Shown: piece after piece, positions 8,551-18,671 of the stretch | Layout: each line of letters opens with the position of its first letter | Position numbering within the stretch: the stretch's first letter is position 1 | Assembly (NCBI GenBank): GCA_902796805.1 | Contig: CADBQG010000070.1 | Coordinates: 2,820-66,819, forward strand | Direction of reading: 5' to 3' | Source: an uncultured Bacteroidota bacterium | GTDB taxonomy: Bacteria > Bacteroidota > Bacteroidia > Bacteroidales > WCHB1-69 | DNA length: 64,000 nt | The notes under the pieces: generated by a model | Told to the model about the DNA's origin: nothing | Databases searched by the model: none | The model's input: only the letters and a program-made list of their open reading frames with translations | Program-made: the position numbers and the translations under genes

Positions 8551-9675
8551 ATGAAATACATAAAAGACAAAATGGTATTGAGGTTGGCAGCGGCGCTTTT
8601 GGTTTTGCTGTTCTCCTGGAGTCCTGCCCGTGCATCGCATGGCGAGGATGAAAACTTTGAGGCCGGCCCGTTCATAATAGAGCATGTGGTTGACAGCTAC
8701 GGCTGGCACATCTGTGGCAGTGGCGACAAGAGCGTTACAATTCCTTTGCCCATCATCCTGATCGACGACGGGCATCTTACAGTCTTCATGTCGGGCAAGT
8801 TCCACCATGGCGAGGCAGCCTACAAGGGCTATGCGCTGGGCTGGGGCGACGACAAGGGAAGCATAGTGAAGCTGCGCGGCGACCATGCCGGATACACAGG
8901 GCCGCTTGAGGAAGGCGCCGAGTATGACACGGAAGTGTGCAGGTGGGATCTCTCGATAACCAAGAACGTGTGCGCCCTTTTCGTGTCGATAGTGCTGATT
9001 GTGTGCATTTTCCTTACTGTGGCCAAGAGTTACAAGAGGCATCCGGACGAGGCACCGAGCGGACTTCAGGCGCTTGTGGAGCCTGTCATCGTGTTCCTTC
9101 AGGAGGAGGTGTTCGTGCCGTCGTTGGGCGACAAGTCTGACAAGTACTCCCCGTATCTCCTCACCTTGTTCTTCTTCATTCTGATAAACAACCTCATGGG
9201 CATAGTGCCGATATTCCCGGGTGGGGCCAATCTCACCGGAAACATAGTTGTTACCGGGGTACTCGCCTTAATAACCTTCTTCGTTACCAACCTCTCGGGG
9301 AAGAGGGAGTACTGGATTGACATAGTGAACACGCCAGGCGTTCCGTGGTGGCTGAAAGTCCCCATACCGCTGATGCCGCTTGTCGAGATTATCGGCCTCT
9401 TCACAAAGCCTTTCGTGTTGATGGTGCGACTTTTCGCGAACATCACAGCCGGGCATATCGTTGTTCTCGGGTTCGTGTCGTTGATTTTCATCTTCGGACA
9501 GATGGCGCCGGCCCTCGGCTATGCAGTTTCTGTGGTATCGGTCTTCTTCTATATATTCATGGGAATCCTCGAGTTGCTCGTGGCGTTCATACAGGCCTTT
9601 GTGTTCACCCTCCTGAGTTCCATATACATAGGAATGGCCGTCGGTGGCGAGGAACATGAAGCCGAGGCGGTATAG
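8551..9675 (+). CDS. atpB: F0F1 ATP synthase subunit a, with the Bacteroidota-type N-terminal extension
   Basis: C-terminal MVRLFANITAGH contains the essential stator Arg, and multiple TM helices are present. The N-terminal FIIEHVVDSYGWHI...IPLPIILIDDGHLTVFMSGKFHH resembles the extension of Bacteroidota AtpB. No other atp genes are adjacent. Confidence 0.8.
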   Translation: MKYIKDKMVLRLAAALLVLLFSWSPARASHGEDENFEAGPFIIEHVVDSYGWHICGSGDKSVTIPLPIILIDDGHLTVFMSGKFHHGEAAYKGYALGWGDDKGSIVKLRGDHAGYTGPLEEGAEYDTEVCRWDLSITKNVCALFVSIVLIVCIFLTVAKSYKRHPDEAPSGLQALVEPVIVFLQEEVFVPSLGDKSDKYSPYLLTLFFFILINNLMGIVPIFPGGANLTGNIVVTGVLALITFFVTNLSGKREYWIDIVNTPGVPWWLKVPIPLMPLVEIIGLFTKPFVLMVRLFANITAGHIVVLGFVSLIFIFGQMAPALGYAVSVVSVFFYIFMGILELLVAFIQAFVFTLLSSIYIGMAVGGEEHEAEAV

Positions 9676-9731
9676 CATCTGTGTGCCGCACAATAGAACA
9701 CATTATTGCAGGTCTATCATCAAAATCATAA

Positions 9732-11330
9732 ATGAACGAGGAGAGGCATAACCGTTTTCTGGTTTTTCTTTGGATTGTTGTGGCCTTTTTGGGAGGCTTC
9801 TCGCTTGCGCTGCGCTGGAATCCCGCCCGCCTGAGCAGGAACGGCAGTGAGCAGCTCAGAAAGATGAGCGAGGTGATGGGATACATAGAAAGATATTATG
9901 TCGACTCCGTCAACACCGACTCCATCTACGGACTTGCCATCAACGCGATGCTTCAGGGTCTTGACCCGCATTCCACATATTCCACGCCGGAGGCCAACAA
10001 GACCATGATGGAGACCCTTGAGGGCTCTTTCGAGGGGATTGGCATTCAGTTCAACATAATGAACGACACACTGATGGTTGTCTCGGTGATTTCGGGCGGT
10101 CCTTCGGAGAAGGCCGGGCTGATGGCCGGCGACAGGATGATTGAGGTTGACGGGAAGTCGATTATAGGCATAAAGAACGACCAGGCCTTCAAGACACTGC
10201 GCGGAAAGAAAGGCTCCAAGGTGAAGGTGGGCATCCTCCGTCCGGGCTTCAAAGACAAGTACACGTATGAGATAACCCGCGGCGTGATACCGACTTACAC
10301 CGTCGATGTCGCATATATGATAGACTCGCGGACTGGGTACATAAAGCTCAACGAGTTCGGCAGCACGACGGCCAAGGAGTTCAACAACGCCATTCTCAAG
10401 CTGAAGAGGCAGGGCATGGAATCCATAATCGTTGACTTGCGCTCCAACACCGGAGGTTTCCTCGACGCTGCTATCAGCGTTTGCGACGAGTTCCTGCCGC
10501 GTAGCCAGCGGATAGTTTCAGTTGAGGGGTCGAAAGTGCGTCCCGAGGTGGTGTATGCGACACGCAAGGGCGACTTTGAAGAGGGCGACGTCGTTGTGCT
10601 GATTGACGATTTCAGCGCCTCGGCGAGCGAGATCGTTGCCGGTGCCATCCAGGACAACGACAGGGGTTGGATTGTCGGGCGCCGCTCGTTCGGGAAAGGG
10701 TTGGTGCAGCGGCAGTTCGATCTGGAAGACAAGTCGTCGATCAGGCTCACCACATCACGCTACCACACCCCGAGCGGACGCTGCATACAGCGCGACTATG
10801 ACAACGGCGTTGAAGCCTACTACGAGGACATCTACGGCCGCCTGGCAAACGGCGAGATGGAGAGCGCCGACAGCATCCATTTGGACTCCACAAAGGTTTA
10901 CCACACACGGAACGGAAGGACAGTGTACGGCGGCGGCGGCATCATGCCCGACTACTTCGTGCCGCTTGTAAGGGGCAGCGACATGGACGCCTACTACGAA
11001 GTGGCGAATTCTTCCGCACTCATCCAGTTTGCATTCTTCTATGCCAACGAGCACAAGTCTGCCGTCAAGAAAAACTTTCCTGACGCGAAATCCTACGTTG
11101 AAGGCATGAATGTCTCCGACCAGATGCTGCAGTCTTTGATCGACTTCTATCAAAAAAACAACAAGAAAAAGATTTCCAAGGTGTCGGGAAAATCCTCCGC
11201 CGAGCTTAAATTGTGGCTGAAGGCCCTTATAGGGAGGAACATCTACGGCGACGAGGCGTTCTATCCGGTGATAAACAAGTCAGACAAGGCGGTGGAGAAG
11301 GCTCTCGAGGTTCTTGCCGGGCAGCGTTGA
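9732..11330 (+). CDS. S41 family C-terminal processing peptidase
   Basis: PDZ segment GGPSEKAGLMAGDRMIEVDG, catalytic Ser context DDFSASASEIVAGA and Lys context FGKGLVQ, and an N-terminal membrane anchor. Confidence 0.85.
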   Translation: MNEERHNRFLVFLWIVVAFLGGFSLALRWNPARLSRNGSEQLRKMSEVMGYIERYYVDSVNTDSIYGLAINAMLQGLDPHSTYSTPEANKTMMETLEGSFEGIGIQFNIMNDTLMVVSVISGGPSEKAGLMAGDRMIEVDGKSIIGIKNDQAFKTLRGKKGSKVKVGILRPGFKDKYTYEITRGVIPTYTVDVAYMIDSRTGYIKLNEFGSTTAKEFNNAILKLKRQGMESIIVDLRSNTGGFLDAAISVCDEFLPRSQRIVSVEGSKVRPEVVYATRKGDFEEGDVVVLIDDFSASASEIVAGAIQDNDRGWIVGRRSFGKGLVQRQFDLEDKSSIRLTTSRYHTPSGRCIQRDYDNGVEAYYEDIYGRLANGEMESADSIHLDSTKVYHTRNGRTVYGGGGIMPDYFVPLVRGSDMDAYYEVANSSALIQFAFFYANEHKSAVKKNFPDAKSYVEGMNVSDQMLQSLIDFYQKNNKKKISKVSGKSSAELKLWLKALIGRNIYGDEAFYPVINKSDKAVEKALEVLAGQR

Positions 11331-11388
11331 CATGGCGCGACCATTTCCCCTCATGCGAAATCTTTTTGCGTTCAGTGATAATTTTTTA

Positions 11389-11396
11389 TATTTTTG
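11389..11396 (+). promoter_or_regulatory. -7 promoter box TATTTTTG for the DUF1015 gene
   Basis: tatttttg lies 38 nt upstream of ATG 11434. Confidence 0.4.
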
Positions 11397-11433
11397 CCGT
11401 TTATTAGTTCATACATTTAAATTATAAAGAGAT

Positions 11434-12687
11434 ATGTCAATTATTAAACCTTTTAAAGGACTTCGTCCTCCGAAAGAGATTGTTGAAAAATTAGCTTCAC
11501 GTCCATACGACGTGCTTAATTCAGAGGAGGCCCGCAAGGAGGCCGAGGGAAATCCCTATTCACTGCTGCATGTAACAAAAGCTGAGATTGACCTGCCGGC
11601 GGGCACCGACGAGCATTCGCAGGCTGTGTACGACAAGGTTGTTGAGAACTACAACATGTTCAAGAAGAACGGATGGCTTGTGCAGGATGAAGACGAGAAG
11701 CTCTACATCTACGCCCAAACAATGGACGGCCGCACCCAGTACGGTATCGTGGCTTGCGCGTATTCAGAGGACTATGTCAACGGCATAATCAAGAAGCACG
11801 AGCTCACCCGCAAGGACAAGGAGGAGGACCGCATGATACACGTGCGCATCACCAACGCCAACGTGGAGCCGGTGTTCTTCGCATATCCCGCGCACAAGGA
11901 GATTGATGAAATAGTGGCAAACATAGTGAAGAACCAGAAGCCGGTGTACGACTTTGTGGCCAAGGAGGACGGCTTCGGGCACACTTTCTGGGTTATCGAC
12001 GACAAGGCCACTATAGACCGCATCGTGGAGATCTTCGCCAAGGAGATACCGGCCATGTACATCGCTGACGGCCACCACCGTTCCGCAGCAGCCGCGCTCG
12101 TGGGCCAGGAGAAGAAGAAAAACAACCCCGCCCACACCGGCAAAGAGGAGTACAACTACTTCATGACTGTAATCTTCCCCGACAACCAGCTGAAGATAAT
12201 CGACTACAACCGTGTTGTCAAGGACCTCAACGGGAACACGCCCGAGGAGTTCGTTGCAAAGCTGCAGGACTCGTTTGTTGTTGAGAAGATGGGCGCTGAA
12301 ATCTACAAGCCGTCGAAGCTCCACGAGTTCAGCATGTATCTTGGCGGTGAGTGGTACAAGATGACCGCAAAGGAAGGCACCTACAATGACCAGGATCCCA
12401 TAGGTGTGCTTGATGTGACCATCCTTTCAAACCTTGTTCTCGACAAAGTGTTGGGCATTAAAGACTTAAGAACCGACAAGCGCATAGATTTCGTTGGTGG
12501 AATACGCGGTTTGGGCGAGCTCAAGCGCCGTGTTGACAGCGGTGAGATGAAGGTTGCTTTCGCCTTGTATCCTGTTTCAATGAAGCAGCTCATAGACATC
12601 GCCGACTCAGGTAACATAATGCCGCCGAAGACGACCTGGTTTGAACCCAAGCTTCGTTCAGGGCTCGTGATTCACGAATTAGAGTAG
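11434..12687 (+). CDS. DUF1015 domain-containing protein
   Basis: MSIIKPFKGLRPPKEIVEKLASRPYDVL...ADGHHR matches my memory of the DUF1015 family. The 417-aa length is typical. Confidence 0.7.
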   Translation: MSIIKPFKGLRPPKEIVEKLASRPYDVLNSEEARKEAEGNPYSLLHVTKAEIDLPAGTDEHSQAVYDKVVENYNMFKKNGWLVQDEDEKLYIYAQTMDGRTQYGIVACAYSEDYVNGIIKKHELTRKDKEEDRMIHVRITNANVEPVFFAYPAHKEIDEIVANIVKNQKPVYDFVAKEDGFGHTFWVIDDKATIDRIVEIFAKEIPAMYIADGHHRSAAAALVGQEKKKNNPAHTGKEEYNYFMTVIFPDNQLKIIDYNRVVKDLNGNTPEEFVAKLQDSFVVEKMGAEIYKPSKLHEFSMYLGGEWYKMTAKEGTYNDQDPIGVLDVTILSNLVLDKVLGIKDLRTDKRIDFVGGIRGLGELKRRVDSGEMKVAFALYPVSMKQLIDIADSGNIMPPKTTWFEPKLRSGLVIHELE

Positions 12688-12693
12688 AACGCC

Positions 12694-13617
12694 ATGTTCA
12701 AAGTTCCTGTATTACTTATTTTATATAATAGGATAGAGGAAGCGCACGACGTGTTCCAGGTGCTGCGCACGGTGCAGCCCACGCAGTTGTACGTGGCGGG
12801 CGACGCGCCCGTGAAGGGCGACGTGCTCGACACCATGCACTGCTATCAGACACGGGCTGTGATTCAGCCTGAGTGGCCGTGCCAGGTACACAAACTATGG
12901 CAAGAGAATCATCTGGGCAAAACCCAGATGATTCTCGAGTCCATAAACTGGTTTTTCGAACACGAGGACGAGGGAATAATCCTTTTCGAAGACACCCTCC
13001 CCGGTTATGACTTCTTTCCTTATTGCGAAGAACTTCTCGAGAGATACCGGAACAACAAGAAAGTGTTCAGCATAGGCGGCTCGTACCTGAGGCACAGAAG
13101 TCGCAAGAGATACAGGAAAAGAATGAAGAAGGGGCAGTCGTCGTACTTCTTCTCGGCATACGCCTCCACATGGGGGTTCGCAACTTGGAAGAACAGGTGG
13201 GCTGACTTCACACTCTCTTTAGACAACTACACCAAGGAGTCGTTTGAGCAAATGGCGAGCCCGTACCTCAGGGGGAACAAGCAGAAGATATATTGGATGA
13301 ACCGGCTCAACTTGATAAAAAAGCAGAAGAAACCGTACTGGTTCTATCAGTACATCTTCCATATTTGGGCGCATCAGGGACTGTGCATAAATCCATATCT
13401 CAACTTGGTGACGAACCTCGGGATCAAGGACACCGAGCCGAGGAAACTGCGGCGGCTTCGCAGAAACGCATACCCCATAATGCCCCTCATCCACCCCGAC
13501 AATGTGGAGCAGGACTGTGACGAGGACAGGTACATGTTCAAGCATCTGTTCAAAAGGGCTTACCTCACATTGTTCAAGGAGTGGCTGAAACTGTCGGGAA
13601 ACAAACAAAACGAATGA
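12694..13617 (+). CDS. nucleotide-diphospho-sugar transferase-like protein (HlpA-like, GT2-related)
   Basis: N-terminal VLLILYNRIEEAHDVFQVLRTVQPTQLYVAGDAP and INWFFEHEDEGIILFEDTLP follow the pattern I recall for HlpA-like glycosyltransferases (FNRPD...LYI.aDGPR; WFFe.Ee.GIILEDDClP). The usual EDD is EDT here. Confidence 0.5.
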   Translation: MFKVPVLLILYNRIEEAHDVFQVLRTVQPTQLYVAGDAPVKGDVLDTMHCYQTRAVIQPEWPCQVHKLWQENHLGKTQMILESINWFFEHEDEGIILFEDTLPGYDFFPYCEELLERYRNNKKVFSIGGSYLRHRSRKRYRKRMKKGQSSYFFSAYASTWGFATWKNRWADFTLSLDNYTKESFEQMASPYLRGNKQKIYWMNRLNLIKKQKKPYWFYQYIFHIWAHQGLCINPYLNLVTNLGIKDTEPRKLRRLRRNAYPIMPLIHPDNVEQDCDEDRYMFKHLFKRAYLTLFKEWLKLSGNKQNE

Positions 13618-13621
13618 CACC

Positions 13622-16600
13622 GTGCCTGTGAACCACAAAAAAACGCTTTCTGCCATCAGAACGATTGTCCTGATGTCGGCAGTTGTGTTTTTTTGTAAAC
13701 CCGTTTCCAGTCAGACCGACACTGAGTTCTGGTTTGCTCTGCCCAACATAACATCAGGTCACTCGCACACCCCAATCATGCTTTGTTTCGCCTCTTTCGA
13801 CGAGGCCACCAACGTGACGGTTTCCGTACCTTCCAACCCCAACTTCACCCCAATAACGATAAATCTCAGCAGCTTTGACTACAAGACTGTCAACATCACG
13901 CAGTTTGAGTCCACGCTGAAGTGTAGTCCATACAACACTGTGTCAAACAAGGGGTTGAAGATAGAGTCAGACAAGAAAATATCCGCGTTCTGCCAGTTCT
14001 GCAGTCTGAACAGCGAGATTTACACGCTGAAGGGAAGGAACGCCCTCGGCAATTATTTCGTGGTGCCCACGCAGACCACGCGCAACTGTTCCGGCCAGTA
14101 TAATCCTGTCCCGGTGAACAGCATAGAAATTGTGGCAACTGAGGACAACACAGTTGTTACCATAACGCCCTCGGTTACGATTTACGGTGCTAACTCAAGC
14201 ACGATAACAGTAACCTTGGATGCCGGTCAGACATACAGCATACGTTCCACAAACGGACAGTCGGCCAACCATCTGAAAAACACCATAATAACCTCAACGA
14301 AGCCGATAGCGGTGAATTCAACCGACGACTCCGTTGAGTACGGTTCGGGTTTCGGCTGGAGTTGGGGCGGAGGCAGCGGTATGGACCTTGTGGGCGATCA
14401 GATTCTGCCTGTGAGCGAGGCCGGGAAACTGCACGTGGCGGTGTGGTCGCATCAAAACTACGAGACAGCGAGCATATTTCCCACGGAGAACAACACAAAG
14501 ATTTACATAGACGGGAGCGCGACCCCTGCAGCAACGCTGAACGTCGGGCAGTATTACACTTACAGCCACTCCAGCAACTTTTCGGCGCGCACTACCGTGA
14601 TAAGTTCCGACAAGCCCGTGGTGGTGTGGCAGCTCACCGGCATCGAGAAAGAGCTCGGCGGCACGCAATTGCCTGCCATAGAGTGCACGGGCTCCAGCGA
14701 GGTGGTCTTCGGACGTTCAAGCAGTTCCGTAAGCCTGTATGCATCAATAGTAACCAAGACCGAGAACACCGGAGGGTTCATCCTGCAGTCGAACAACGCA
14801 ACGGCAACGCTTGCAGCCTCGGATTTCTCCGTCATTCCAAGTCATCCCGAATGGTCGTACTGCTACAAGAACATCTCATCATACGTCAGCAACAACTCCT
14901 CCCTGCGAATATCGAACTCCGCCGGCAAATTCCATTTAGGCATACTCGATTACGGCGGCGCAAACAACAGTACAACGCTCGGTTGTTTCAGCGACTACAG
15001 TGTTGTAGGCAAGGTTAGGCTCAATGCAGATAAGACGCATTGTCTGCACGACGATTTTATCATCAATATTGAGACGGAAGACATAGACTCTGTGATTTTG
15101 ATAACGCCCGGAGGGACTTACTACGGGCATACATCCGTCGAGATTACGGATTTCACCTCGCAGGATACGGGCATGTATTATGCAAAAGGCCGCAGTATGA
15201 ACGACTGCGAGGACGACCTGTGGGTCACCGACAGTATCCGCATCACTTTCGAGAGCAACCCGGAGGTGGCGGTGCAGGAGGCTTACGCGATGAGTTCCGG
15301 AGCGGGTGCGAGTGTAAACGTCACATACTGCAACACCGGTACCGCTACATTGACCGCGCCGTATTATATAACCGTTTTCAACGAAAGCCTTGGCGGTGCG
15401 GTACTTAAGATTGATACAGTGGAAGTCAGCCTTGGAGCTGGAGAGTGCCGCACTGAGGTCATGGATTTCAGTTTCGGCGGTCTCGACGTTGAAACTGTCG
15501 CCGTTTCTGTGAGCTGCGCCGGCACCGGGATTGCGCACCTCGGCAGCGGGCAAAAAGAGTGCGACATCACCAACAACACTGTTACGCGTGCCGTTGCAGA
15601 ACACACGGCATCCATAACCGGATCGCACAACCTTTGCGATGGCGAGACTTTGACGCTCACCGCGAGCGAAGCATCTGCTTACCTGTGGAACACAGGAGAG
15701 ACAACACAGTCTATTACAGTTACATCACCAGGACTCTACGGTGTGACGGTAACAGACGAGCATGGTGCTCAGGACACCGCGATGCACAGAGTGTATAAAA
15801 CCACCATGGCGCCGGTTGTTAAAACCAATCTTCACGATATCTGCGCCGGGGAATCCCTGCACATAACAGTAGGCACCGACACCACGTCGACGTTTGTGCT
15901 TGAGCAGGTTGAAAGCACCCTTGCCCGCGCTGAAACGGTGTTCCTCCCCGACGGCACAAACTGCCCTCCGGTGGGCTGCTCATACCGCTCGCCGCTCACA
16001 TTCACAGGCTTTGATGAAGGAGCAACAGTTGAGTCTGTGGATGACATTCTATACGTAAGGCTCAATTTGGAACATTCGTATGCCGGAGACCTGTATATCA
16101 ATATAACCTGTCCTAATGGACAAAAGGCCGATATTCTGAAATTCAGCGGTGCTCCACAGTCGCAATCTTCAGTTTGCAGCCAGAATATTAACAGCACTTC
16201 AGTAGGGTGGAATGGTGGAAATTCAGATGTCAATGCAGGCAAAAGCACATGGTTTGGCTATGCCAATGATTCTGAAAGCTTTTATTACAACATTTGTAAT
16301 GCTAATGCATCAGGCAATGAGCCCGGTACAGGCTGGAACTATTGCTGGTCGAACTGCACCACCGAAGGATATGAATATGCCGGCGGTCAGGGAAGTTTGA
16401 TATACAGAGAAGAGAATGCGGTTTACCTTTTTAATAATTGGTGGGATGGATATGAACAATATGCTTTTGATTCCTCCAACGTTGCGGCTGGCACACAGTT
16501 CTACCATCCTGACGAATCGTTTGAGTCGCTCGTGGGCTGTCCGTTGAACGGCTCGTGGTATATTGAGGTTATGGACGGCTGGGAACAGGACAACGGCTAC

Positions 16601-18655
16601 ATTTTTGAATGGGAGCTTGCCCTCGCCCCGCACCTTATACCCAACGAATACACTGATGTCACGCACGTTACTGTTGACGGTCCATGGATTACATCTGCCT
16701 CAAGCACCTCGTTCATGCTGAATCCGCCCGCAACTTTGCAAAATGACACAACTGTGAACTACACATTTCATTTCTACGACGACTATGGCTGCAGCTACGA
16801 CTCCACTGTTGCAATAAAAGTCTTTAGCAAAGACTCAATACATATAGAATTGTCAGACTGCGACAATGTGGTCTGGAACAATATAACATATACGCAATCA
16901 GGTGTTTACAGATATAACTATCAAAACTCTCATGGTTGCGACAGTGTGGTTGTGGCCAATGTTACAATATATGGTTCAGCTGCCACATCAGACTCTGTAT
17001 TCCTTGTGGAGAACCAGCTGCCTTACCATTTCCAGCCCTACGACACGGTGTTCCAGGCCGGCTCGCCGGAGATTTCGTACTTCTCGTATAAACTCTACAC
17101 TGCGGAAGGCTGCGATTCGGTGATAAACCAGAAAGTTGTGATTTACCAGAACACGTATCAGCAATACGACACCACGGTCTGCGGTCACGACTTTCCGTTG
17201 CTTTGGCACGGTAGGCAATTTAACCGAAGCGGAACATACAATGATTCTTCTCTTAATATTAACGGCAGTACCAACTATATGGTTTTCAATGTTTTGTCAG
17301 ACACGGTACGGATTGTTTCAAGTAATATCACCCATGTGATATGCTATGGAAGCAATACAGGGGCTGCATCTGTTGTGTTGCAAGGCGGCAGTCAGCCTTA
17401 CACATATCGTTGGGCAGATGTCAGTGGCACCGTGATATCGACAAACCTTGATATTGCGGGTATGAGTGCCGGAACTTATAGATTTACTGTTACAGATAAT
17501 TTAGGCTGTTTTGACACAAGTTCAATAACTATCAATGTTTTGAATTCTGAGATAGACGCCGGTGTTATTGCAAGTTCCCAGGATATTTGCGAAGGCGAGT
17601 TTCCCGACATTTTCACGGGAACTGCTATTGTGGGTGAGGGCAATTACCAATGGCAGGTTTCTTCGGACACAAACACGTGGCAGCCGGCATCTGGAGCGAA
17701 CAATTTGCAGAATTATACATATTCTTACACGCCTTCTGTAGGCGCTTTCCTGCTCAGGCGTGCGTGGATAACCCCAGAATGCGGAACATATTTCAGCGAC
17801 ACCGTTACAGTCAGCGTGGCGCCAATAAAGCGTGACACGATTTACGACGACGTTTGTCAGGATAGTGAATACAACCGGTACGGACTCTCCATCTCTTCAC
17901 AGCAAAACAATAATGCCGGCATATATGAATACACTGAAACATATCCTACAGCGAGGTGCGACAGCATTGTGACGCTCTTCCTGAGAGTAAATCCGGTTTA
18001 TTCGGAAACAATAGAAGACAAGGTGTGCAAAGGCAGCGACTACAACAAGAACGGCTTCTTCATACCGGCCTGGGAAAGCATCGACAGCGCGAGTATGAAG
18101 AAAACGCTGGATCTGACATCGGTTTCCGGCTGCGACAGCATTGTGCGCCTGCATCTGACGATTATCGACACAGAACTTGAACTCATAAACCATACTGCCA
18201 ATTTCTGCGAGGAACACTCCGCCATGCTGTCGGTGGAGACGAGCATGGGCAGCTTGCTGTGGAGTACAGGTGAGACGGATAAGCAGATAACAGTTACAAA
18301 GCCCGGCACCTACAGTGTAACCGCCTCCGAAGGCAGTTGTGAAGCCACCGCCACAACCTTCATCGAAAACTGCGATTGGAATCTTTTTCTTCCCAGTGCC
18401 ATAACCCCGGGCAAAGATGGACTAAACGATTGTTTTGCCATTCCTGAACAGATACAGAATGAGATTTCGGCATTGGAAGTATATATTTACAACCGTTGGG
18501 GCGGTGTCGTGTTCTACTCGAAAGACAAGGGTTTCAGGTGGGACGGTAAAGTTGACGGGAAAATTGTGCCAAGTGCAGTGTATGTTTACACAATAACGTA
18601 CAGGGATTTGAAAGGAATACGCAGAGTGGCGAGAGGGACTCTGACGGTTTTGTAG
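13622..18655 (+). CDS. very large T9SS type-B (gliding-motility CTD) surface protein/adhesin with IgGFc-binding-like N-domain, P-domain and SprB repeat
   Basis: GTG start with a signal peptide (KK...LMSAVVFF). TEFWFALPN opens the N-terminal domain. The P-domain-like segment runs LNLEHSYAGDLYINITCPNGQ...GSWYIEVMDGWEQDNGYIFEWELAL. The SprB-type repeat is CYGSNTGAASVVLQGGSQPYTYRW...TVTDNLGC. The C-terminus is LPSAITPGKDGLNDCF...YNRWGGVVF...WDGK...VYVYTI...GTLTVL. Confidence 0.85.
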   Translation: MPVNHKKTLSAIRTIVLMSAVVFFCKPVSSQTDTEFWFALPNITSGHSHTPIMLCFASFDEATNVTVSVPSNPNFTPITINLSSFDYKTVNITQFESTLKCSPYNTVSNKGLKIESDKKISAFCQFCSLNSEIYTLKGRNALGNYFVVPTQTTRNCSGQYNPVPVNSIEIVATEDNTVVTITPSVTIYGANSSTITVTLDAGQTYSIRSTNGQSANHLKNTIITSTKPIAVNSTDDSVEYGSGFGWSWGGGSGMDLVGDQILPVSEAGKLHVAVWSHQNYETASIFPTENNTKIYIDGSATPAATLNVGQYYTYSHSSNFSARTTVISSDKPVVVWQLTGIEKELGGTQLPAIECTGSSEVVFGRSSSSVSLYASIVTKTENTGGFILQSNNATATLAASDFSVIPSHPEWSYCYKNISSYVSNNSSLRISNSAGKFHLGILDYGGANNSTTLGCFSDYSVVGKVRLNADKTHCLHDDFIINIETEDIDSVILITPGGTYYGHTSVEITDFTSQDTGMYYAKGRSMNDCEDDLWVTDSIRITFESNPEVAVQEAYAMSSGAGASVNVTYCNTGTATLTAPYYITVFNESLGGAVLKIDTVEVSLGAGECRTEVMDFSFGGLDVETVAVSVSCAGTGIAHLGSGQKECDITNNTVTRAVAEHTASITGSHNLCDGETLTLTASEASAYLWNTGETTQSITVTSPGLYGVTVTDEHGAQDTAMHRVYKTTMAPVVKTNLHDICAGESLHITVGTDTTSTFVLEQVESTLARAETVFLPDGTNCPPVGCSYRSPLTFTGFDEGATVESVDDILYVRLNLEHSYAGDLYINITCPNGQKADILKFSGAPQSQSSVCSQNINSTSVGWNGGNSDVNAGKSTWFGYANDSESFYYNICNANASGNEPGTGWNYCWSNCTTEGYEYAGGQGSLIYREENAVYLFNNWWDGYEQYAFDSSNVAAGTQFYHPDESFESLVGCPLNGSWYIEVMDGWEQDNGYIFEWELALAPHLIPNEYTDVTHVTVDGPWITSASSTSFMLNPPATLQNDTTVNYTFHFYDDYGCSYDSTVAIKVFSKDSIHIELSDCDNVVWNNITYTQSGVYRYNYQNSHGCDSVVVANVTIYGSAATSDSVFLVENQLPYHFQPYDTVFQAGSPEISYFSYKLYTAEGCDSVINQKVVIYQNTYQQYDTTVCGHDFPLLWHGRQFNRSGTYNDSSLNINGSTNYMVFNVLSDTVRIVSSNITHVICYGSNTGAASVVLQGGSQPYTYRWADVSGTVISTNLDIAGMSAGTYRFTVTDNLGCFDTSSITINVLNSEIDAGVIASSQDICEGEFPDIFTGTAIVGEGNYQWQVSSDTNTWQPASGANNLQNYTYSYTPSVGAFLLRRAWITPECGTYFSDTVTVSVAPIKRDTIYDDVCQDSEYNRYGLSISSQQNNNAGIYEYTETYPTARCDSIVTLFLRVNPVYSETIEDKVCKGSDYNKNGFFIPAWESIDSASMKKTLDLTSVSGCDSIVRLHLTIIDTELELINHTANFCEEHSAMLSVETSMGSLLWSTGETDKQITVTKPGTYSVTASEGSCEATATTFIENCDWNLFLPSAITPGKDGLNDCFAIPEQIQNEISALEVYIYNRWGGVVFYSKDKGFRWDGKVDGKIVPSAVYVYTITYRDLKGIRRVARGTLTVL

Positions 18656-18671
18656 AATTTAGATTGTATTT

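Noticed and set aside
8358-8651. 97-aa ORF between hpf and atpB.
   Set aside because: It spans the hpf terminator hairpin and the atpB promoter box and overlaps the atpB start. It has no family resemblance.
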